A stretch of 64,000 bases of DNA from Octopus bimaculoides (taxonomy: Eukaryota). A program made the translations under genes and the position numbers. The DNA lies in NCBI RefSeq assembly GCF_001194135.2, contig NC_068990.1, forward strand, positions 67,308,207 through 67,372,206. The letters run 5' to 3'. A model generated the notes under the pieces. That model worked only from the letters and a program-made list of their open reading frames with translations, was not told where the DNA came from and searched no databases. Positions 24,733 through 36,414 of the stretch are shown in pieces (position 1 is the first letter of the stretch; each line of letters starts with the position of its first letter).

Positions 24733-25365
24733 TCCTTTCTACTATAGGCACAAGGCCTGAAATTTTGAGGGAGGGGACTAGTCGATTGTATTGATCCCAG
24801 TGTTTCACTGGTACTTCATTTATCAACCCCAAAAGGATGAAAGGCAAAGTTGACTTCAGTGGAATTTGAACTCAGAATGTAGCAGCCGGCAAAATGCCGC
24901 TAAGCATTTCATCCAGCATGCTAACAATACTGCCAGCTTGCTGCCTTATTGGTTTCAAATTTTGCCACAAGGGCAGTAATTATGGGGAAGAGGACGAGTC
25001 GATTACATCATACCCAGTGTTCAACTGGTACTCATCTTATTGACCCTGAAAGGATGAAAAGCAAAATCGACCTCGGTGGAATTTGAACTCAGAACATAAT
25101 GATGGAAGAAATACTGCTAAACTCTTCACTCAGCATGCTAATGATTCTGCCAGCTTGAAGATGGTTTAAGAATTTTAGCACAAGACTGGTAATTTTCAAA
25201 GGAACAGATCAGTTGATTCCATCTATGCTAGTAATTGACTGATGGTTTATTTTATCAACCCCAAAAGGATGGAAAGCATAATCTATCTTGGTGAACAGAA
25301 TGTAAAGAAATGCTGCTAAGCATTTTGTCTGGCACACTAACAATTCTACCAGCTCACCACCTTAA
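24733..25365 (-). mobile_element. Second cluster of co-oriented SINE family B copies (3-4 units)
   Basis: Same unit as 1856-3730; starts near 24733, 24950, 25165. Confidence 0.85.
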
Positions 25366-25702
25366 GAATAACAATGATAACAATAATAATAATAAATGCT
25401 AAGTACAAACAATGCAAGTTGTTTATATTAATATTTTTAAATTTCTTCAGATTTTTTCAGTTCATGATTACTAGGTCTTATTTAAGGTAAAACATGGAAT
25501 AATGTAAAGAAATGCTGCTAAGCATTTTGTCTAGCACACTAACAATTCTACCAGCTCACCACCTTAAGAATAACAATGATAACAATAATAATAATAAATG
25601 CTAAGTACAAACAATGCAAGTTGTTTATATTAATATTTTTAAATTTCTTCAGATTTTTTCAGTTCATGATTACTAGGTCTTATTTAAGGTAAAACATGGA
25701 AT
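25299..25702. repeat. 202-bp tandem duplication (1 mismatch)
   Basis: 25299-25500 equals 25501-25702 except CTGGCAC/CTAGCAC; AAT microhomology at the junction. Confidence 0.95.
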
Positions 25703-26493
25703 AATTTCTTTATCTGCTTTATTGAGATTTTCTCTAATATCTGTCTCTACAAAGAGATGTTATTAACATGTATTCCTATTTTCATTCTTTTTTTTTTTAA
25801 ATTTTATTATTACCATCATTATTTTTCATTATTATTATGTTATTGCTACTATTATTATTCTTATTATTTTTCATTATTATTCTGCTCTGTTTACATCAAA
25901 TTTCACTTTGTATACATTATGCAACCATTGACAAAGACAGAGAGTGGGGGTTGGGGTGGGGGAGAACGTATGTCTGACATGTTTTAAATTGCATAAATAT
26001 ACAAAAAGAGCAAATGAATTAGTAAAATTGAAATGAAAAATGGTAAATAAATATACATAAAGTATTATAATTAAATTTCAGTGAATTATCGTATGAAATA
26101 AACTTTACGAAGAATATCAGCACAGAAGCAAAGAAATATCTGAACTTCAAACAGCCATTCTTTATTAAACCAGGTGCATGACACTGTCTTGTGCAATGAT
26201 TGTTTTTTGGCTTTGCTCTGCCACAGTTTAGAAATTTCATATTCTGAGTCATTGCATTAGATGGATTTACCTCTAAAGAGATAATCCCATCTATTAATAA
26301 TTATGCTACACCACTTTTTTTTTTCTGTTCTTCATACATGTTATTAAGTTTGTTTGGCCTGATTATTTTATAACTTTGTACAAGAAGAAGGTTGGCATAG
26401 GAAACTGTGATGTTGTTATGTTCAGTGAATGGATCAGAATGTAACTCAAAGCTGTTTCTTAAAATAATAGGAATGTGTGTGTGTGCATGCATG

Positions 26494-26527
<34 letters not shown>

Positions 26528-27885
26528 TGTGTGCGTATGTGTGTTTGTGTGTGTGTGTGTGTATGTGTGTGTTTGTGTATGTGTGTGCATGTGTGTGTGT
26601 GCTAAATGACAGACCTGCTAATTGATACTTTGCCCTACCATATACCATTGCTAGTTTTCTATTCCATATGAGTTGAGCTTAGACATCCAAAAACAATGTA
26701 ATTGAATCTCAGCTAAAACTGTCACTTAGGATCTTTTTTGTGATGTTAACTGGATAATTTATGACCCACAGGTATTGCTATTCAAGAGATTAACATCACC
26801 AATACCTCCGCACCACAACCACAACCTCTGCAACCATTACTTTTATATAAATTAGTCAAAATGGATAAGGCATTACATTCTAAACTAATGAAGCATGAGT
26901 TCATGTTTCCCTGGAGGTAGTGCAGGGAGTTAATTGTATCAGCAACTCAACTCCATTAATTTAGTTAAGGCATACACACACACACACACGCACACACACA
27001 TGCATACAAAATCATTATTATTGATGATCTGTTGTTCATAATATATAAGAAAATAATGCAAACCATCATCATCATCACCATCATCATCATTATCTTCATT
27101 TTAATGTCCACTTTTCCATGCTTTCATGGGTCAGATGGAATCTGATCAAGATAATATTTCCCTGTAACCACATGTTTTTCACAGAAGACTACTGAAAATG
27201 AACAACATCACATGATGTCAAGACAGGTGCACACACACACACAACCCCAACCTCCCCCCTACACACACAGACATACACACACAGAGGCACAGGCATAGAT
27301 TCTTACCAGACATTCATGCCTGCTAAGTGTTAGTGAAGAGCTTTTACTTCCCCAAGACAAACTGCAGTGGAAAGCCTTTCCAGGTCCAAATATGTGAACA
27401 TATTTGAACTGGTTTTAACTTTGTACTCCATCACTGCTTTGTATACTCACTCACGAACATGTGTGAGTGTGTGTATTTATGTGTATATACCCTTGTCTTG
27501 ATGTCATATGACAGCTGTAGACAAGCATCACCATCATATAGGTAATGTTGTTTGTCTCTAGTCTTTCTGCAAAACAAGTCCAGCCAAGGGGAAAAATTAT
27601 CTTGCTTGAGAACAAAGGAGGATTGGCAATAGGAAGGGCATCCAGTCATTAAAAATCTGCCTCTGTAGACATCATCCAACCCATGCAGTCATGGAAAAGT
27701 GGTCGTATCATTTCTTATGCATGTATATATCATTTTACTTGTTGACCCACCATTCAGATAACATGAAACACTAAAAAAATTTATAGGTAAAATAAATTTT
27801 TTATTCAACATTCTCTCTTCTGGGATTTAGTTGCTATTATGCATTGGAAAAGGAAGGACAGGAAAAACAGATATATATATATACA

Positions 27886-27930
27886 GAGAGAGGGGATTCA
27901 GAGAGAGGGGATTCGGAGAGAGGGAATTCG
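27886..27930. repeat. 3 x 15-bp tandem repeat GAGAGAGGG(G/A)ATTC(A/G)
   Basis: Directly visible. Confidence 0.9.
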
Positions 27931-28610
27931 GAGAGAGAGTGGGGAAACATGAACAAGAACAGGTGCAAAAGACAAGATGATGGAAATATATATAAAAAAA
28001 AAAAACAAAGAATGATGAATATTTACAGTGTTCATCATACATCATTGATGAACGAAACGGATAAAAGAACAAATAAGACACTTAGAAGAACTGAAATGCC
28101 ATAAAATGTAGCACACCAGCCTTAATAGTAATAACACTATTACTTTATTGTTGTTGTTATTATTAGTAGTAGCAGTAGTGGTGGTGTTTTTGTTGATGAA
28201 TGAAGAACAAAAAAACAAGATGGTGTCAACACAAATTATTCACTAAGGAAAAATTATAAAAAAATGAAAAAAATACATCAGATTTTTTTCACTTGGTACA
28301 AGATTACTAGAATGTTCTCACAAAGACTGCAGTAGTTTCCTTAACTCTAAGAAGCAGAAGCTGAGGTGTGTTAGTGTTAGCTAATCCAATAAGTTCAGGT
28401 TAAATAACTTGGAGAGAGAGAGTTATAGAGATAGGCAGCTCATCAATAAGTTCTGATGGAATCTCATGTTGTCATCCTGAAGAATATACCATTTTTGAAA
28501 TGAATGTTCCAAAGAAGGATCCATGATGTACCAAGACACTTGAAAAATAATGCTCTATGTCAATGCTTTGTGTTCTTTGAAAAGCTTCTGTACGAATGTG
28601 TATCAGTGTA

Positions 28611-28666
<56 letters not shown>

Positions 28667-30344
28667 TCTTGTACACAAAATTCTTATACACAACATACCT
28701 CTGCACCCCCAAAATACACATACAAATATATAGAGATGACTGAAAATAAATCAGAATGTGTAAGTGTTTATGTATGTGTCTACAGTTATACATGTCTGTT
28801 CACACACATGACAAGTATAGACAGGGGAAATATACTTACTGCTTGTGCTTCAGAAGATGCAGGTGTGGCTGTGTGGTTCAAAAGTTTGTCTCCCAATTAC
28901 ATTGTTTCAAGTTCAATTCTGCTACGTGGTACCATTGGCAATTCTCTTCTGCAATAGCCCAAGGCTGATCAAAACCTTTTGAATGGATCTCATTGATGGA
29001 AACTCAAAGAAGCCTGTCATACGTGTGTGTGCGTGTGTGCATGCAAGTGTTAGTGAGATTATACTAGTGTTTTCCTGTTTTGACGTCATGTGATAGTTGT
29101 AAATGAGTATCACTGTCATACAAGCAGTGTCATTCATTTCCAGTATTCTGTGAAAACATGTCTGGCCATAGGGAAATATTACCTTACTTGGAAGTAAGTG
29201 AGGATAAGTGACAAGGAGTGCATCTGTCTCTAGGAAATCTGCCTCAGTGAATTCCATCTAATCCATGCTAGAATGGGAAAGTTCCATAAAAACAATGATG
29301 ATGATGATAATGATGATGCCATATATCAACAAACCACATGCAATGTGCAAAGAATTAGACCTCGATATCATTGGAAATAGATGACTGACACATGTATGGA
29401 ACACTTACATTCAGGACTTTGAGGATCTGTGCAAACAATTCAATGAATGTTGCACTCTATCAGCTTTTGCAAGTTTACTACTACATACTTATAAAATGCT
29501 TAAAATGGTACAAAATACCATCTGTAAACAATCCAGAATTCAAAAAAAATTTCATCACCAAACTTTTTATCATTTAAGGAGAACAAACTCTTCTACACCT
29601 GATAATAAATTTATGGCAAAAATCCTTGCTATGCTTTATATGTTGTCATAAAAATATAATATTTAAAAATAAGGATTAAGGTTTAGAATTAAAAAAAGAT
29701 ACCAAAATTAAATATGTGTGTCGTGTGTGTGTGTGTGTGTATCTTTTATCTGTTTCAGTCATTAGTTTGTGGTCATACTGGGGCACCACTTTGAAAAACT
29801 TTTAGTTGAATGAACCAACTCCAGTACTTATTCTTTTTTTTAGCCTGGTTACTTATTCTATCATTCTCTTTTTTGCTGAATCACTAAGTACATTTTTGTC
29901 AAAGGGTGTAGGGATGTGCCCATAACTCCTTAATTTCTTGTGACCTCTGAGACAGGTAGGATGAAAGAGAATATTCTCAGTGCAGAGGTAGGCCCAAATG
30001 CTTGCAACAGAGTGAATTTTCTCAAGTCACCAAAGGACCAAGTGGTGGGCATTAAAGGGGGTACCAGATAGAATCTTCCAACTAAAAACTAAATGCCATA
30101 AATTCCATAACAATTCCTGCAAGGTATCCTGTCTGATGCCATAACAATTCTACCTATCCACTACCTTGATACATTTTTTTTTGAGTAATCTTGAAATGGG
30201 CCTTGCATTAAGAATGTTGACAAAGATGTGGCTGACCCAATGTAACAATAAAAGACATTTGTCCAAGGTAACATGCAGTGGGATTGAACATATGATCACA
30301 TGATTATGGAGAAAATGTTTAACCATACAGCTATTCTGCTATTC

Positions 30345-30540
30345 CTTTATTCCTTATATTTTAGCCAAACAGTTATTCTTTTACACCCTATATTTTAGCC
30401 AAACACTTATTCTTTTATTCCTTATATTTTAACTACACAGTTATTCTTTTATTCTTTATATTTTAACCAAATAACGTTTCCTCTATTCTTTATATTTTTA
30501 CCACACAGTTATTCCTTTCTTTCATTATTCTTTATATTTT
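30345..30540. repeat. Degenerate minisatellite, about 6 units of roughly 33 bp (TTATTC.TTATATTTTA.CCA.ACAGTTATTCTT)
   Basis: Recurring TATATTTT and CAGTTATTC motifs at regular spacing. Confidence 0.75.
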
Positions 30541-31140
30541 CCTTATTTGAAAAATACTCAATATTTAAATGGGGAAAATGGTTGCAAATTTGCTGAAGAA
30601 TAAAACTTATTTTCATTGATACCATTATTATTTTAGATCAGAGAAGAGAGCAATGAAACTAAATATAACAAGGAATTTAGTCTGGTACTCTACATTCTTA
30701 CTGTTCCAAAGTGGTGAACATGACAGAAACATTGAGAAGCTATTGAAATTTCACTAAAACTGTCTTCAAAGAGTGATAAAATTTTTTCAGGTTCCATAAA
30801 CATGGAGCTGTGAATATTGTGTATTTCTAATGTTAATTCAGTATTCAATTTACAGTAGAAGCAAGCAAAAATGGTTTGGAATTTTGAACAATTCATAACT
30901 ACCCAAACAAATCTAATAAAAAAAAAATCTTTAGAATTTGTGTGGGTGGTTACACATTGTGAAAAAATGACACCAAAAAATTTTTAAGATTTAATCATAT
31001 CATAACAGGAATTAGACTCTCTTAATGAATATTTATGTAATAATTTTATTTGAAGTGGGGAAAAATTGCTAAATTCTTCTACACTTTTGTAAATATTCCT
31101 TTTTTTCTTTTACTCCCAGTCTTTCACTACATTTATTTGG

Positions 31141-31708
31141 AATGGGCTTGAAAAGAGTGGAAGAATGGTGGGTAGCAAGGAATCATATCAGATAGCTAAA
31201 GAGAAGCTAGTTGCCAGATATATCTAGTTAGGACAGAAATGGAAAGGAAGTAGTTTGCTTATGTCTTAGAGTATGAAGATCAGAGACTTGAGGTGTTCTG
31301 GATTGCCAAGGCAGTGTATTAGAGAGTATAAAGATGTTGTGGGAGAGAAGTGTATATGGACAAATAATGGTACACTTACTCTTAGTGATTAATGGTACAC
31401 TTACTCTAAGTGATCTTAAAAAGTAAGAGGCATGGAAGAGCTACTATGAAAGGCTATTAAATATGGAGAATGAATGGGAGAAAGGGAGTCTCCTTCATGT
31501 GAATCCAACAGAGGGACCAGCTGTCTTAGTTGACAGCAGCATGACAGGTAAGGTAATTAAAGATATGAATATAGGGAAAGCCCCTGGTCTATCAGGAGTC
31601 ACTGCTGAGATGCTTAAGACATCTAGTAGAGTTGAAAACAGTCTTGACATCCATATAGTAAATTAGGTTTTTCAGAAATGCATAATCCTGAGAGACAAAT
31701 GTAGCAGC
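31141..31708 (+). mobile_element. RTE-clade LINE internal fragment (linker just upstream of RT), decayed
   Basis: AWKEWKNGGSKESYQIAK..KDVVGEKCI..EAWKSYYERLLNMENEWEKGSLLHVNPTEGPAVLVDSSMTGKVIKDMNIGKAPGLSGVTAEMLKTS. KAPG.SG.TAEMLK is the RTE pre-RT motif. Contains a 25-bp tandem duplication at about 31364-31413. Confidence 0.85.
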
Positions 31709-31938
31709 ATGAATCCTTTATATGGCATTAAAAGCCATATTAAAACAGCAGATAAATTTAGCCAAGGAGACAATTAATACATGTTATATCCTGGAATGTG
31801 CCTTGTATGAAATCCCAAAGTAAGTCTTTTTGAATTTCATACAAGGCACATTCCAGGATATAACATGTATTAATCATCTCCTTGGCTAAATTTATCTGCT
31901 GTTTTAATATGGCTTTTAATGCCATATAAAGAATTCAT
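31709..31938. repeat. Long palindrome: 105-bp arms (3 mismatches), 20-nt loop
   Basis: 31709-31813 is the reverse complement of 31834-31938. Confidence 0.98.
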
Positions 31939-32741
31939 CACAGGTCACTACTGTGACTGTTGTTGTTTGACCCTAGGTTAGTGCTAACTGAGAAGAACCA
32001 TGATCAAAGGAATTTGAACCATGACCATCCTATCTTTTACCTTATGCTAAAAACACAGTGCCACATTATCAAATGTATCCTAAGACATTAGTAAGTAATT
32101 TGAAGGAATTTGGTTGCTACTTTTAGAAAGTCGAGCGACCCAGTAGAAGCCTCATTCTTGGCACCTCTAATCACTATAGTAACTACAGAATTGTTCACAA
32201 GATTCTATGAGAAATCATGCATATATTAGCTATGTCCTAGTCACCTACATATAGAAAATCATGCTCAGCTTTTTCTTCAAAAGAAAAAACAAAAAATCAC
32301 AATTCCCAAATGTTAAACAATCATGCAAATTTTATCTATTAATATGATTATCCATCTAATTACTCAGAATTTATATGAATTGTGATATTCATGATTTTGC
32401 ATAAGATTAACTAAATTTTATTGATAACCAACACAAGATTACAGATTTGGTCAGTCATATACTCACTAGACAAGATATTAATAAAAAGATGATTTTTTAT
32501 GCGTAGAGGCCTGGATATTTTTATTGATAGTTAAATGTATACAAGAAGCAAGGGAGAAAGAACATCATCAGATATAAAACCTACAGAAATTCTAATGAGA
32601 TATCGTGGATGTTTTGACAAATGCACTTGATGAAATGGTGTCACCGAAACAATGTTACAAATAATAAATCTGCCAATAGCTAAAGGTGATATTTGGGGGC
32701 TAATTTTCCCTCATTTTAATTTCCAATTCTTTTCAAAGATT

Positions 32742-33160
32742 GCAGGCGTGGCTGTGTGGTAAGAAGCTTGCTTCCCAACCACATGGTTCTGGGTTAAGTC
32801 CCACTGCATGGCACCTTGGGTCAGTGTTTTCTACTATAGCCTTGAGCTAACCAAAGCCTTGTGAATGAATTTGGTAGATGGAAACTGAAAGAAGCCCATC
32901 ACATATATATACACATATGTGTGTATGTGTGTGTGTTCATGTGTGCATCTTTGTACCAGTGTTTGTCCCTCATCACTGCTTGACAACCGGTGTTGATGTG
33001 TTTATGTCTCTGTAACTTGTCGGTTCAGCAAAAGAGACCAATAGAATAAGTATTAGACTATAAAAAAATAAGTCCTGGGATCGATTTGTTTGACTAAAAC
33101 ACTTCAAGGCGGTGTTCCAGCATGGCCACAATCAAATGACTGAAACAAGTAAAAGAATAA
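32742..33160 (+). mobile_element. SINE family C, full length
   Basis: GCAGGCGTGGCTGTGTGGTAAGAAGCTTGC...GGCACCTTGGGTCAGTG...CAAGTAAAAGAATAAAA. Confidence 0.9.
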
Positions 33161-34664
33161 AAAAAAAAAAAGAATGTGTATATTTCATGCAGAATATATA
33201 ATTGAAGGGGTGTTCTCAGATGATGAAAAACAACAGCAATCAGCTATTCATGCCCAGATCTGCTAGAATGTAATAAAAATGAATAGACATAATTTAAATG
33301 CTTGCTGTTCTGCATGTTTTGAATGGATTATTAAATACTTGGCAGACAAGAACACACATCAGCTAATGGTTTGTTTGCTGATTCCTATATATGAGACCTT
33401 GTGCTCTTATGAGATTCATTGGTCTAATGGATTGGCTTTGACTGAATTTCCTTGTCTTGACATAGCACAATTCTTGTAAATGAGACTGTTATCAAGCAGT
33501 GTCCTTCGTTTCCAAATTTCCATGAAAATCTGTTTTGCCCAGAAAAGAGGTGGGAGATGAGAAGAAAAGTCATCCTCCATAGAGAATCTGCCTCAGTGAC
33601 CTCTGTTTGATCTGTTCAAGCATGGAAAAGTTGATGTTAAAACAATGATGATAATGATGTTGATAATCTTTGGTCAATGCTTGCCAGATTTTGCCATTAG
33701 TTGCATAACATTTAAGCACCAAGTGTACATGATTCAAAGCCAAATAAGAAACAAATATCACAAATGTAAAGCAAAAAAAATACTTGAAATAAAAAACATA
33801 ACTTCTTAAAGAGAATCTAAAGACATTGAAAGCTTTTCCATGCTTTAAACACAAAAAAGAACAAAAACAGAAAAAAGTAAAAAAACCTCTCAAAGAGAAT
33901 TATTTCTTTTATGTTCAAATACAAGGAAAAAAGAAGAGAATCTTATGGGTTCAGTCACAGTAAAACCTTTTAAACTATCACATATATAACAAAACCATGT
34001 ATGTATGATCGTATGTATGTATGTATGTATGTATGTATGTATGTATGTATGCATGCATGCATGCATGCTTATATGTATGTATATTGCCTTCACAATATGT
34101 GTTACTTTGTACAAGTATATCTTACTATTGTCACATAGACGCAAGACATTCGTTGTATATGAATATCTCTGTGTCATTTATTTTTTTTTATTCTGTTACT
34201 GTGCTTGCTTATTCGCTTCTTTTGTTATGAATAATATAATTTTTTACTGTCCATGTTCATCCTTTATGTCTGCTCATGTATTCCCCAACAGCTAATGTTG
34301 CTATCACCACCAAACTGAACTATATTAACATAGGAGCTGAAATTGTGGTAATATTTCATTAATAGCTGATGAGGGCTTGAGCAAGTCTGTGTTTATTGTT
34401 CAGTTTCATGTGTTTTTCCTGTTTCTCCATATATTCTTTTCTCATTCTCTGGGGTCACATTTTATGTTATCTGTATACATATATATATAGGGCAAATTCC
34501 ATGTGTAATGGAGAAATATAATACCAAAAAATTTCCATTTTCCTACTTTATCATATATATATNNNNNNNNNNNNNNNNNNNNNNNNNNNNNNNNNNNNNN
34601 NNNNNNNNNNNNNNNNNNNNNNNNNNNNNNNNNNNNNNNNNNNNNNNNNNNNNNNNNNNNNNAC

Positions 34665-34696
<32 letters not shown>

Positions 34697-35505
34697 ATAT
34701 ATATACATATACGAATCAAAATATACAATGGTATAGATTCATTCCAGCCAATCTTACTAATCAGTTTCACACTGAGTATTAGATAACCAGATATTAGATA
34801 ACACCGAATCCTCTTCAGAAATGGCTACTATCTTTTGATGCTAAAACAATTCTTTCCTGATAGAAATGGTTACAAGTAATCATGATATACCTGTATTGTT
34901 TTATTTTCTAGGCTTTACTTTGCAGTTTTAACTCCTTCAGTTTAATAATACTATAAAAATCCATCGTATTAATATCATATTTAAAAAACAACAATATCTT
35001 GAGAATCAGAGCAGAAAAGTGTTAATATTTTCTTTGAATGTGGAAAGTTCTACATACATGAACAAAAGTCTAGATGTGTCAAATCTAAAACTTAGAGTTC
35101 CTTATCCATAATTTTCTATCTCACATAGAATATTAATACTTATGAAAGTGAAAGTAAACACCATACACACTCATATTAGCATGCAAGATGTCTAGATGAA
35201 TAAAACACCTAACACATGACAAGATATGTAGCACACGTTTATAGACATATGACACAAATGTCTAGACATGTTACACTCATCTTTTATATTTTGTTTCAAT
35301 CATTAGATCGTAGCCATGTTTTAGCACTGCCTTCATCAAAGGAATCAACTCCAATACGTTTTAGTTTAGCCTGGTACTTATTCTACTGGTATCTTTTGCC
35401 AAACTGCAAAGTTACAGCGACATAAACGCACCAACACCTGTTGTCAGTCTCTCGTGGGGGACAAATATGGACAGAAACACATACACATACACACACATAT
35501 ATATA

Positions 35506-36147
35506 CGAGAAGTCAAAAATTATCCGCACTTTTGCCATAATATATCCTTATTATTGTCACACTGCTTTCTGTGCATGTGTGCTTATGGTTGGTACTTATG
35601 TGGTCATGTGATCAAAGTTTGAGCCTGATCCTGCCATTTTTATTTCTGGTTTTACAGAGTAAGCATGGACACTCCACTAGCAATGTGCACCAAAGAAGAA
35701 CAAAGAGCAGTGATCTGAGAAATGGTAATGGTGATCTGGTTCACCATTACCATCTCTCAAGCTTGCTAAATTTTCTCATCAATGATGGTGGTTGATGGGT
35801 GTTCTGTTCCTTCATGTGTCACACTTGTCCAGACACTTTTAAAATTCTCAATCTACTCACAGACACTTCTACACAGTAGTGCACTGTCCCTGTATTGTGC
35901 TAAAAGCCCCCAATGAATTTCAGCACCTGATACAACTTCTGACAAGGGAAATTGGAGCACTGCTCTTTGTTCTTCTTAGGTGCATATTGCTAGTGGAGCG
36001 ACCATGCTTATACTGTAAAACCAGAAAGAAAAACGGCATAATCAGGCCGAAACTTCGATCAGGTGACCACAATAGTACCAACTATAAGCATGCATGCACA
36101 GAAGGCAGTGTGATGATAATTCCTAGGTGCACACTGGGTATATTATA
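35506..36147. mobile_element. Mariner fold-back made of two converging 5' ends
   Basis: Left: TA|CGAGAAGTCAAAAATTATCCGCAC TIR, ATG 35665 MDTPLAMCTKEEQRAVI. Right (minus): ATG 36005 MVAPLAICT*EEQRAVLQFPLSEVVSGAEIHWGLLAQYRDSAL..EMVMVN. The arms meet at a 19-bp hairpin (35716-35734 / 35741-35759). Confidence 0.9.
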
Positions 36148-36156
36148 AATGATTGA

Positions 36157-36229
36157 TACAGAAGACGGAACGTAACTAGAAGCTTTATTTAGCATGCATA
36201 AAACTTCTAGTTACACTCCATCTTCTGTA
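36157..36229. repeat. Hairpin: 32-bp arms (4 transitions), 9-nt loop
   Basis: TACAGAAGACGGAACGTAACTAGAAGCTTTAT ... ATAAAACTTCTAGTTACACTCCATCTTCTGTA. Confidence 0.93.
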
Positions 36230-36294
36230 GCAACCATTTAAAATGCATATATATATATATATATATATATATAGTTCTATATTTAAGAGATGAG

Positions 36295-36414
36295 GAATTA
36301 TTTACATTATTTACATTATTTTACATTATTTACATTATTTACATTTGACGGATATTTGTCCTCATCTTGTTTGTTGTTAACAACAAACAAGATGAGGACA
36401 AATATCCGTCAAAT
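36295..36414. repeat. (TTACATTAT)n 9-mer tract followed by a perfect loop-less 72-bp palindrome running into a gap
   Basis: 36343-36378 is the exact reverse complement of 36379-36414, centred on GTTAAC; N-run starts at 36415. Confidence 0.95.

Noticed and set aside
30722-30827. Minus-strand exon candidates (also about 8327-8376, about 48354-48402, about 750-819)
   Set aside because: Plausible AG/GT pairs with one open frame, but they cannot be joined into a recognisable protein and are expected by chance in this much sequence.
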